This document shows, one piece after another, positions 1-12,177 of a stretch of 35,010 nt of DNA. The stretch's first letter is position 1. The number at the start of each line of letters is the position of its first letter. Both the position numbers and the translations under genes were made by a program. The stretch is from Neocallimastix sp. 'constans'. Lineage: Eukaryota. Below the pieces are notes generated by a model, which was given only the letters and a program-made list of their open reading frames with translations, did not search any database and had not been told where the DNA came from. The DNA lies in assembly GCA_050613775.1 (NCBI GenBank), contig JBODTK010000114.1, forward strand, positions 496,001-531,010, written 5' to 3'.

Positions 1-308
1 TTTAAACTGCTTGACAATCTATAGGAATTCACATCAATTTACCCATCTATCAAAATTATTTTTTTTTTTTTACAAAGAAAAATACATATATTAGGAGATA
101 AAAATAAAAAAAAATTCATATATAATTTTATTAATAATAAAATTTAAAAAATTTAATAAAAAATTTAATAATAATACTAATAGTAAATTAAATAATAAAT
201 AATTAAGCATTTTCCTTTAATTAAAAAAAAAATAAGATTCCTCCATAATATTTAAATATTTACATTTATTTCTATTTATATCCATTTATTTATATTTATT
301 TATATTTA

Positions 309-443
<135 letters not shown>

Positions 444-810
444 ATATAATTTCACTTTTTCTTAAATCAATTTTCAACTTTTCATCTGTTCCGAGTTTAT
501 CCATTCCTATAAATGTATTTGAAAATGTATTTTTAATGTGGCAAATGCCTCATTATTAAAAAATTAATGATAAATTCTTATTTAATTTATTAATATTTAA
601 AGTTTTATAAAAAGATGGTTGATACATATAACTACATAATTACATTTTAATAGTTAATGGTTGTTTAAATCAAATTATTACTAATAATAATAATATATAT
701 AAATATATTATGTATATATTATGAATATATAAAAAATATATTGTTTTCATTAAAATTTTATATTTTTATCTATATATATAAATATATATATATATAATTT
801 TTTTATACTA

Positions 811-1200
811 GGATTAAGGAGAAGGGAGGACAATAGGACTTCTAGTCACTCCCTTAAGCATATCAGACTCTCATTGAATTCTTTGAGGTCCGGACTTCTC
901 TCAAAGCAAGGCTAATATGGAAGATATTCCTTATACACCCCTTTATACAGCGGGCTTTTTCTCAGTGATCTCTCGAAACCATCATCGAAAGAGGAACGCC
1001 TACGCTAATCCTCTCAGAGATCAAGTGCTTCACTAATAATTATATAGTCTAGAGGAATACTTATCATGGCGAGCGAACAACCAACTTCATTTATAGAGGA
1101 AAATACCCATATAAATTCAGGAGGTGGTCGTGAGGTCAATCCAGAAACCTTATGTGTGTTTGTCCATAGTACTAACTATTGGGATAAAAACTGGAAAGAA
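811..1200. mobile_element. GC-richer island, probable degenerate transposon/LTR relic or decayed inserted DNA
   Basis: About 390 nt of complex sequence at roughly 40% GC (26/60 counted in line 841) with sharp edges in an almost pure A/T background. All six frames are broken by stops and no domain was recognised. Confidence 0.35.
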
Positions 1201-3797
1201 ATCTATTATTAAGAAAATTTAACAAAGTTCCTTTTTTTTTTGTTAGATCAAGATATAAATTAAAAATAAAAAAAAAAATTTTTTTTTCATTTTATAAAAT
1301 TTTATTTTATTTAGCATTAGAATTTAATGAAAGAAAGATAATTATTTATATAATCTATTTACTTAACATATATAAATATTTTTAATAAACAATGGAGGCT
1401 TCAGTTTAATTAATTTATTTTATTTAAAAATGGTATTAATTACAATAAATTAAATATTAATTGTAGATTGATAATATATTTATGTTTATTAATTTTTTAA
1501 AAAAAAAATATTTTAAGGTTGATATAATTATTAATCTAATCAAACCCTTGATAAAAAGAAAAGAAAAAGACAAATTTAAGAATTAATATAAAAAGAAAAA
1601 TTAAAATAACAAAAAATTTATAATGAACTGAAATTTAACCTTCTTGTTTTTGTTCATTTATTTATACCTAAAAGCTTTTCGAAAGATATTCTTTTTTTTT
1701 TTTTTTTTTTTTTGGGAAGTTTAGTTCAATAATAAATTTTTAAAAATATAAAAAGGGTACATGGATAATTATAAAAGAAGAAAAGAATTTAATAATAATA
1801 ATAACGTTAACAAACTAAAATAATAAAGGAATTGTAGCTTCTTTAAATCATTGAATTAAAAAAAAAAAAAAATTCATGAAATAGTAAACGTTAATAATTA
1901 ATTTAATATATGTTGATTTTTTAATTACTTTTTATTTATTTATTTTTTTTTTAAAAAAAAAAAAAAAAATACAATCTTAATAGTTCACAATACATATAAA
2001 ACATAATTTTGTAAAATTACAAAAAAGTAAATGAATCTGTGGAGACATTTAATCTTTTATTTATTGATAGGTTAATTTTTTATTTTGATCATTTATTTTT
2101 ATGAGAGTAAAATGATGGATATTTATTTGTTATTTAAATTTTCTTTCTGTAACTATATAGAAATCTTTTTTATTTATTTTTATTTCTTATTTTAGTAAAT
2201 ATTAATTTTGAATTTCTTGATCTTTTCTTAATTTGATCATTAATGATGTGAACTTTCTATTCATCATTAAATATGTAAAGACCAATTTTAATTTTCATTA
2301 ATATATATTTATTTTTATTTCTATTATTTAAAAATAAAATATATAAAAAATATAAAAAATTAATATAATTATATAAATATGTAAATATACTTTATTATAT
2401 ATAAATAAACTATTTTCTTCATAATTATTTTTGATTACAATGTTTAATATTTTTTTTTTTTAAAGCTTTTTTATCTCTTAAATTTTTTTTATTTACTACT
2501 ACTGAAATAATTTTTAAATACAATTATAAACTAATATTTTATTACAGATTAGTTTTAATTCATTTAATCTATCATCAATCTCATAAAGATTTAAAAATCT
2601 TATTAATATAATGAGAATATAAATTTATATAGATATTTATTTTATTTTGACATAACAAATAATTAAAAGTAGTAAAATAAAATTTATTTATTTATTTATG
2701 TTATTTTTAAATTAAATTTTATAATTGTTAATTCTTTTTAGTATAAATTAAATATTTATATTCATTTATTTATGAATTGATTTATCTATTTTCTATTTAT
2801 TTTATCAATTTAATTTTATTTATATAATTAATTATTTTATTAAATTATATTTATTTATTTAATTATTTAAAATTATTAAAAAACAGTATATAGTAAATAA
2901 AATCTTTTGCTAAAATGTTAAAATAAAAATAAATGATTAATTTAATGATTTGAATAAATTTAAAGTAATTACAATTAAAACAAAATAATTTAAAATAATA
3001 AAAAATTTATTATATCAAAGTTTTATGTATTTTTATAACTATATTTATATTTACTTCTAATATTATTTTAATTTAAATAATATTTGATATTTATATATTA
3101 ATAAATATACTATCCTTATCCTTAATACATTTTATTAACAAAATAGTTTTTAAATTATTTACCCGGTTCATATTAAATTATAAATACAGTAAATCGAATT
3201 TCATTCTAATTTAAAAAAGGAAATTCATAAAATAAATCTAAAAATAAATTAATATCATTTAGAATATTTAATCAATATATTTATATAAATAAATATTGAA
3301 ATTCCAAAATTCAACATTACAATAAATATAAAAAGAATTATCAGAACTTTGAGATTTTATAAATACCATATTAATAATAACGACTATTAATAAGATAATT
3401 ACATATATATCCATTATTTTTTTTGTTTTAATTTATTTATTTTATTTATTCATTGTTAATAATTTCAAATTTTAATCAAAAATAAAAATGATAATATTTT
3501 GAAATATTAATAATAAAAAAGAAAAAAAGGAAGAGAATTAAATATATACAAATACTCAATTAATTGTCTTAAGATTTCATATTGTTTTTTTAAATTAATC
3601 AATTAATAAAATATTTCTAATCGTAAATTTGAAATTTCAGTAATTTAAATATTTAATAAATATTTTTCATCTTATTTTCTTTTATTGTTTTTTTCTTTCA
3701 AAATACCAATAAATATTCAATAATATAAACAATTATATACTTCCATTTTCCAAAATATTTAAAAATATTTAATATAAATAAATAAAATAATACCAAA

Positions 3798-4368
3798 ATG
3801 TGGGATTTGGATAAATTTATATCTATGTTATATAATAGACAATTACCATCAGAAAATACAATTAAAGAAATATGTGAAAAAGCAAAAGAATTACTATGTC
3901 GTGAGGGAAATGTACAATACGTTCAAGCCCCAGTTACTGTAGTTGGTGATGTTCATGGGTAAAAAAAAAAATAAATAAATATTTTAATATAATTTAATTT
4001 CATATTTCGAATTATTAAATGTAGTATATAATATTGAAAAGCTAAATTTTATATACACTTTATAAAAATAAATTAATGATGAAAAATAAAAGACAATTCT
4101 TTGATGTATTGGAAATTTTTAAAATTGGAGGATATTGTCCAGATACAAATTATGTATTTTTAGGTATTAATATATATATATTATATATATATATAAGGAT
4201 AATCATTTTAATTTAATTAAAATTTTAAAATTGAAACATAATAAATATATTTTATTTAAATTTAAAACTTAACTAATACAATTACTGTTAATATATATAA
4301 TTATTTATATTTATATATTCTTTTTTTCTATTAATTTTAATATATTTAATACCAATATTATTATATAT

Positions 4369-4409
<41 letters not shown>

Positions 4410-4651
4410 TTTTTTTGAATATAATATAAATATATATCAGGAGATTATGTTGATAGAGGTTATTATTCAGTTGAAACTATAGCATTACTTACATGTTTAA
4501 AATTAAGATACCCAAATCGTATTCAATTAATTCGTGGTAATCACGAATCAAGAAGTATTACACAAGTAAATTAAATAAAATACTTTATTATTTGATTGTG
4601 GATATATATATTAAATATTATATATATACTTATTTTTAATAAAATTTGTTT

Positions 4652-4683
<32 letters not shown>

Positions 4684-5569
4684 GTATAAACCATTAAATC
4701 ATAAAAACTAAATAAATAATTATATATTTAATAAATAAAATATAATCATTTAAAAAAAAAATCTTTTAATAAATATAGACATATGGTTTTTATACTGAAT
4801 GTTTTAGAAAATATGGTAATTCTAATGTATGGAAATATTTTACAGATATGTTCGATTTCCTTGGTTTAGGGGTTATCATTAATGATTCTATCTTTTGTGT
4901 TCATGGAGGTTTAAGTCCATCTCTTCATACCATAGATCAAATAAAAATGATTGATAGATTTAAAGGTAGGTGAAAAAAAAAAAAAAAAGATAAAAATAAA
5001 AATAATAATATAATAAACAATTATTACATTTAGTATAATAATAGCAATAGCAATAATGATAATAAAAAATTCATTTTATCTCTTTTTTTTATTTTATTTT
5101 TATGATATTTTATAATTATTATCATTTATTATAAATGCTGTAATTACTTTTTTTATAATTATTTTAATTGTATATATAATATATATATTTAAAAAAATAA
5201 AAAATTAATATTAATAATATATAATTTATAATAATTAATTTACTCCTCCTTATTTAGAAATACCACACGAAGGACCAATGACCGATTTAGTATGGTCTGA
5301 TCCACTACCTAACTCAACTTCATTTACAAGTGATTTAGATCGTAGCGACTTTTTGATTTCTCCTCGTGGAGCTGGTTATGTCTTTGGAAGAGAAATTACT
5401 AGAAAATTTTTAGAAATTAATGGTCTAGGGCATATTTGCCGTGCTCATCAACTTTGTATGGAAGGTTATCAGGTAAAAAATATATATATACATAAATCAT
5501 AAAAAACAAAAACAAAAAAACAAAAAAAAACAAAAAAACAAAAAAACAAAAAAAAAAAAAAAAAAAAAA

Positions 5570-5611
<42 letters not shown>

Positions 5612-6077
5612 TACTTAATGAATATATAACATTATATAACCAAATATTTAATACTTTTATATAATATTAATTTTAATTATTATTATTATTATTATTAATT
5701 TTATTTATTTATTTATTTATTATTTATATTATTGCTTTATTTCATTTATCTGACAATTTATATATAAATATAAAGATTTTATATGATGATATGCTTTCAA
5801 CTGTATGGTCAGCACCTAATTATTGTTATAGATGTGGTAATAAAGCAAGTATTTTGGAAGTTGGTCCTAATTTAGAACGTTTTTTTAACGTCTTTGCAGA
5901 ATGTCCAGATAATGAAAGAGAAAAACCTAATACTTCAGAGTTTGATAATCGGGATAATCGTCGTAATGATGATCTCTTCCAAGATGCAACTGAAAATATT
6001 ATGAATAAAGAAATTAATGATATAGAAGATATTGGAACCAATACAGAACTTCTTGATAAAGAAAAGGTAAAGGAAAA

Positions 6078-6123
<46 letters not shown>

Positions 6124-6429
6124 AAAATCAAAAAATATATAAATAATAATAATAATAATAATATTTATAACATAAAATAAATATAATATAATATTTTTAT
6201 TTTATTTTATTTTTATTTTTATTTTTATTTTATTATTATTATTAATTTTTTCTTTGTACTTCTCTTATATTTAATGACCTTAATTAACTAATTTTTATAT
6301 TATATATATTTATTTATTTCATAAATCATTATCTCTCTTTCTCTTTCTATGTATATATTACACATGAAATAAAACATAAAAAACATAAATTATAAATAAT
6401 AAAAGGAAATGCCTGAATATTTTTCATAG
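3798..6429 (+). CDS. PPG1: PP2A-like Ser/Thr protein phosphatase catalytic subunit, PPG1 (fungal STRIPAK PP2Ac1-type). 7 exons: 3798-3958, 4093-4163, 4441-4565, 4779-4965, 5258-5472, 5776-6066, 6406-6429; 357 aa
   Basis: Manual splicing across six GT-AG introns gives one open frame, MWDLDKFIS...EMPEYFS*. It carries the PPP motifs GDVHGQ, GDYVDRG, RGNHE, HGGLSP, WSDP, SPRGAG, RAHQ and [29 protein letters not shown], the insertion after WSDP and GNKASILE resemble Ppg1 more than PP2A, PP4 or PP6 (recalled family knowledge). Confidence 0.9.
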
Positions 6430-6964
6430 TCTCAAAAAAAAAAATTTTTTTTTTTTACTTCTTAACAGTTATAATAATAATTATAATATATAAAATTAAA
6501 AAAAAAATAATAATAATAATAAATAAATAAAATAAAATAAAATAAAATAAATAAAAGAATAGAATTTTAATAGTAATTCAATGTAATAAAATCTAATAAA
6601 TTAAAATATTATTATTTTTAATAACAAAAAAAAAAAAAAAAAATAAAAATAAAAATAAAAAAAAATAAAAAAAATTAAAAAAAAAAAAAAAAAAAGAGAA
6701 TCAAATATATACATATTTATAATAAACAGCATTAAATAAAAATTTGATTTAAAAAACTATTAAAAATGATTTATCTTTAAAACTCATAAAGTATATATAT
6801 ATATTTAAAAAAAAAAAAAAAAAGTTTATTAATGGTCTATATTGACAAGTATTTTTTATTTTATATATATATATATATATTTTTTTTATAACATTAATTT
6901 ATAATTTATAATTATGAATAATAATCAATTTAATAGAATATATATAAAGCAATAACGACAACAA

Positions 6965-7003
<39 letters not shown>

Positions 7004-7186
7004 ATTAATACAATATTGTATATAATAAGTCCTTATAATATATCAAAATTATAATAATAATAATAAATGACTTAAGAATTTATAATAAATTTATAATCTA
7101 TAGTCATTTATTATTATTATTTAATTTTTTTTTCTTTTCTTTTTTAACATTTATATATATGTTAAAACACTATATATATATGTATA

Positions 7187-7195
7187 TCACGTGAC
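7187..7195. promoter_or_regulatory. TCACGTGAC E-box (Cbf1/bHLH-type RTCACGTG) about 1.15 kb upstream of the DNAAF2 start
   Basis: The exact motif is present. A CpG-containing palindrome is rare in this A/T background. Function is inferred only. Confidence 0.3.
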
Positions 7196-8257
7196 TATTA
7201 ATTAATTATATTATTATTTTATTTTATTTTTATATTATTTTTATATTTAAATCAATATGGTTTTTAGCATATATTATACAAAACTATACATTTTAATAAA
7301 CGTTCCAGAAATTATATATATATTTATTTTTTTTTTTGTTGTGCAACAATTATTTTTTCTTTTTTTTATTTCATTTTTTTTTTTTTTAGTTATTTGAAGT
7401 AGTAAAAAAGCATTCAACTTCGGAGATTAAAAATATACAAAAAAATATAAAAAAAATAAAAAAAATATATATATATATATAAATAATAATAATTATAATA
7501 AATTAAATAAATAATAATTAAAAAAAAATACATATATTTATTAAATAAATTAACATTTAAAAAAAAAAAATTTTTATCCGTAATTAATTTATTAATTTTA
7601 TTTTTATAAAAAAAAAAAAAAAAAAAAAAAGTAAAATAAAAATAAATTAATATTTATTAAATAATAAAATAATAAAACTAAATTTTTGGATATTTAATAC
7701 AGCAATTTTTTTTTTTTTTTTTTACATTAGTAAAATTGTTTAGTTTTAAAATATTTATATATATATATATATAATTAATGTGAACTCTATTTTTGTTGGG
7801 AATAAATATTATTCATAAAAAGAATATTTATATTTAATAAATCATTTTTTAAGATATATAATTTTTTTTTTCTCTATTTAAAAATTCATTACACAATAAA
7901 TTAAAGTTTTCAATTTTTTTTTTTTTTTAATAATTAAATCTTTGAAATTTTAATTTTTTATTTATTTTTTATTTTTTTAATTAAATGTTTAAAAAAAACA
8001 TTTTATATTAAATATATAAATATATAAATTATTAATAATTAATAATAATTAATAATAATAATAATAATAATGAAATTAAAGTTCAATCTTTACCATAAAA
8101 ATAAATTTATATTAAAATATTGAAGAGTTCTTTTTTATATATATATTTAAAAAAAAAAAAAAATAAAGTATAATAAACCAAAACAAAAGTTCTATAATAA
8201 AGATAGAAAGATTTCAAAAAGAAAAAATATATATATATATATTATTTAAACAGGAAA

Positions 8258-8290
<33 letters not shown>

Positions 8291-8347
8291 TATTATAATT
8301 TATTTATAATTAATTTTTTTTAAGTTAAAATTTTAAAGTATTTCAAA

Positions 8348-9409
8348 ATGATGGGGAAAGATGATTTCAAAATTACAAGAGAAGTAAATTTCAAATTTTA
8401 GAATTTATTTTTTTTTTTTTATTCATTTATTCTCTTTTTCAAAAACAAAAAGAAAAAAAATATATTTATATATATACACGTTTAATTATATGTAAAGAAT
8501 AAAATGTTAAAAAGGAATTAATATTAATATTGGCTTAAAAATTGAATTATCATTTTATAAAAATTATACATATATATGTATAATTTTTATAGATAAGTAT
8601 TTCATATGTATTAATATTATAATTTATCTTTTTAATAATTTATTCCTTGAATAGGAATTTAACAAATTTAAAGATGCTATGAAAAAAGATGAGTTTAAGA
8701 AACTCTTCTTTGACTATTTAGATGAAATTTCTGATCCAAAAAATAGACAGGTAATTTTTTGAAGACTTCATGAATATATATATATATATATATATAAGTT
8801 AAATAGTTAAATATATGGCATATATATTATTTTAATATACTTATATATATGTATTTTTTATCAATTAATAAATAAATTTTATATATATATATATAAAAGA
8901 AATATGAAGAAGAAATTGCTTTATTAGAAAAAGAAAGAGGTAATAATATTCGTTGGGTTAAACCGGAAGGACAATTTGTAGTTAAAACCAAATATGATAA
9001 GAATCAAAAGAAAACACCTTTAATTCAATCCCCACAACGTCAAAAAACAATTGATATGAGTGATGGTAATAGTAGTTTCGCAAGATTAGAAATTAAGCCA
9101 GGTATGAAAGTTTTCATTAATATATGTCAATCCCCAGAGATAAAGGATGCTATGCTTCAAAAAAGCAATGTTACAAAAAATAATGCCAGAGGTCAAAATT
9201 GGTCTATTCCTTACAGTTTAACCTATGGAAGAAATGATAAAGATAAAGGTATTTAAAAAATATGGAACAAAAAAAAAAAATAATAATAATAATAAAAAAA
9301 AAAAATAAAATGAAATAAAATATTTTTTTTCCTTTTTTCTTTTTTTTTTTTTTTTTTTTTTTTTATTTAAAATATATATATATATATATATACATACTTT
9401 ATAATAGTC

Positions 9410-9455
<46 letters not shown>

Positions 9456-9633
9456 TTATTATTTATTTTATTTTATTTTGTTATCAATATGAAATTAAAA
9501 AAAAAAAGTGTGTGATAGCAATTTTCTATAGATACAAATTTAATCCTTTTATCCATTACTAATTATTTAATATTTTTTATTATATATATATATATATATT
9601 TATTTTTATATACTCTAAAAATTTTTAAATAAA

Positions 9634-9665
<32 letters not shown>

Positions 9666-9700
9666 ACAAAAACAAAAACAAAAACAAAACAAAACCAATA

Positions 9701-9735
<35 letters not shown>

Positions 9736-11250
9736 AAAAAAAAAAAAAATAAAAAAATAAAAAAAAAATTGATTAGCCAATAATGAATGTGTTGTTTATG
9801 ATTGTATTTTCAGTCCTAATACGATAAGAATGTCTTCCAATTATCGATTCAAAGAATTAATTATTATGACAGCTATTGAAGGTGTTGAACGTCAATTTAA
9901 CGTTAAATTAGAAAAAAGTAAGATAAAAATTATATAAAAAAAAAATTTTTAAATATTAAACCAAACTAATAATAATAATAATTAATAATTAATAATTAAT
10001 AATTAATAATTAATAAATTAAAAATATATTTTTAAAATAAAATGTATTAAAAATATATTATGAATAAGGGTATTCAATTAAAGATATTAAAAAATTACTA
10101 ATTTTTTCTTTCTTTTATAATAATAATAATTACATTTATTTTTATATGCATTAATTATTAAAAAAAAAAAAATGAAATAAAAAATTTAAAAAAAATAAAA
10201 AAAAAAAAAAAAAATAAAAAATAAAATTATAGAATATAAGATTCCAAAAATGAAATGTAAAGGTACCCCACAAGATACTGTTATTAGAGAAAAATCGAAG
10301 GAAGAAGTGAAGGGAGAAACTTCACAAGAATTTATTGAAAGACTTTATAAAGAAAATAAAAATAGTGAAAAAGAAAAATCTTCTTCAAGTAGTAGTAGTA
10401 GTAGTAGTTTAAAAGATACTAAAATTAGTAATGATCATAATCATAATAAAGATATCAATAAGAATAATAATAAAACGAATGTGAATTCAGCGACGAATAA
10501 AAATGTAAATAAAAAGGAAGAACAGAAAAAGAAACCGTTAATTGAAGAAATAGGGGAAAACGAGAGCATTCCAAAAATTGAAACCCCAAAATATAAGATT
10601 GTTCATCGAGGCGAAATTCAAATTAGTAATTTTGTTAATGATCGACAACATACTCATAATAATCGTCCCACGTCCCTTCTGATTACCATTGATTTACCAA
10701 ATATGGTTCGACAATCCGAAGCCGATTTAGAAATTTCAGAAAATATGCTTGATTTATACGTTAAAGATAAATATAAATTAAATATATCCTTTTTTTTTTT
10801 TTATTTAACCTAATTAATTAATTATTAATTATTTTATTTTATTTTATTTTATTTTTTAATTTTTTTTTATTTTTTTATTTTTATTTTTATATTTATTTTT
10901 TTTATTTTATGTTTATTTTTTGTTTTCTTTTCCAAAAAAAAACCTTAACTTTAAAATATATATATATATATATATATTATTCCATTTTTTTTTTTTTTTT
11001 TTTTTTTAATTTATTTCATCATGATCATCCTCTTTTTTTTTTTTTTTTTTCTTCTTATATCTATGTATATATTATTTTGTAATTTAAATTTAAAATGAAA
11101 TTACATTAAATTACCCTATGAGATTATTGAAGATGAAGGTACAGCGACTTTTGATAGAAAGAATAGAAAACTTGTTCTTAATTTACCTGTAGTACCACAA
11201 AAAGAACTTTTAGTAGAGGTATATATTATTTATAATAATAATAATAATAA

Positions 11251-11287
<37 letters not shown>

Positions 11288-11476
11288 TATATTATATTAC
11301 ATTATGTTATATTATATTATATTATATTACATTATGTTATATTATATTATATTATATTATATTATATAATTTTATAATTTTTTTTATTAATAATATTATT
11401 ATAACTATTTTTCATATGGAATAAAAAAAAAATTATGCTATATAATTATAATACTAAATAAATTTAAAAATAAATA

Positions 11477-11528
<52 letters not shown>

Positions 11529-11965
11529 TATAATATATAATAAATTACATAAAAAAAAAAGACATCAAATGATGATAATGTTCCAATTGAAGTCATTGAT
11601 GAAAAAGGAAACCCAATTAAAGATGAGGACATCAATAAAACCACTAATTTCACATTAGAAGAGAATCAATCCTCTATTGATAATGATGATCATAATGATA
11701 AAGAAAAAGATAGAAGAGAAGGAGGAGGAGATGAAGGAGATGAAAAGAATGAAAAGAAAGTGAAGGAAAAAGAAAAAGATGAAGAGGTAGATTATACCAA
11801 AAAAATCACTGATTATGCCGTTGTCTTCTATGAAAATTCTAAAATACCAAAAGCAAAGATTCATCAAACCAAAGAACAATTAGAAATTTTATTATATATT
11901 CCAGAAGTAATACTTAGTACCATCTCTACTAAATTTTTAGGCAACACTGTAAATATTTATATATA

Positions 11966-12005
<40 letters not shown>

Positions 12006-12134
12006 GATTTTTTTTTTAAATATATATTATTTTTTTTTCTATTTATTTATTTATATATATATTAAAATATTTTTTTACTTAAATAATTAATTAATTATTA
12101 TCCTGTATTAATTGATATTATAATTATTATTGAC

Positions 12135-12177
<43 letters not shown>

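Noticed and set aside
811..905. RNase MRP-like motif on the minus strand (GAGAAGTCCGGACCTC…GAGAGT)
   Set aside because: The resemblance to CR-I is loose. The complex sequence ends about 90 nt later with no CR-IV, CR-V or P4 partner.
5826..6131. Minus-strand 101-aa ORF (also 11438-11653, 11655-11879, 12592-12804, 33950-34135)
   Set aside because: Antisense or alternative-frame shadows of real exons plus homopolymer runs.
7336..7349. RFX X-box upstream of the ciliary gene DNAAF2 (TTGTTGTGCAACAA)
   Set aside because: The dyad is too short for the GTNRCC-N0-3-RGYAAC spacing.
10760..11122. Canonical GT-AG version of DNAAF2 intron 5
   Set aside because: The donor GTTAAA is weak and this splice deletes the conserved YKLNIKLPY segment. 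The AT-AC alternative has full U12 signals.
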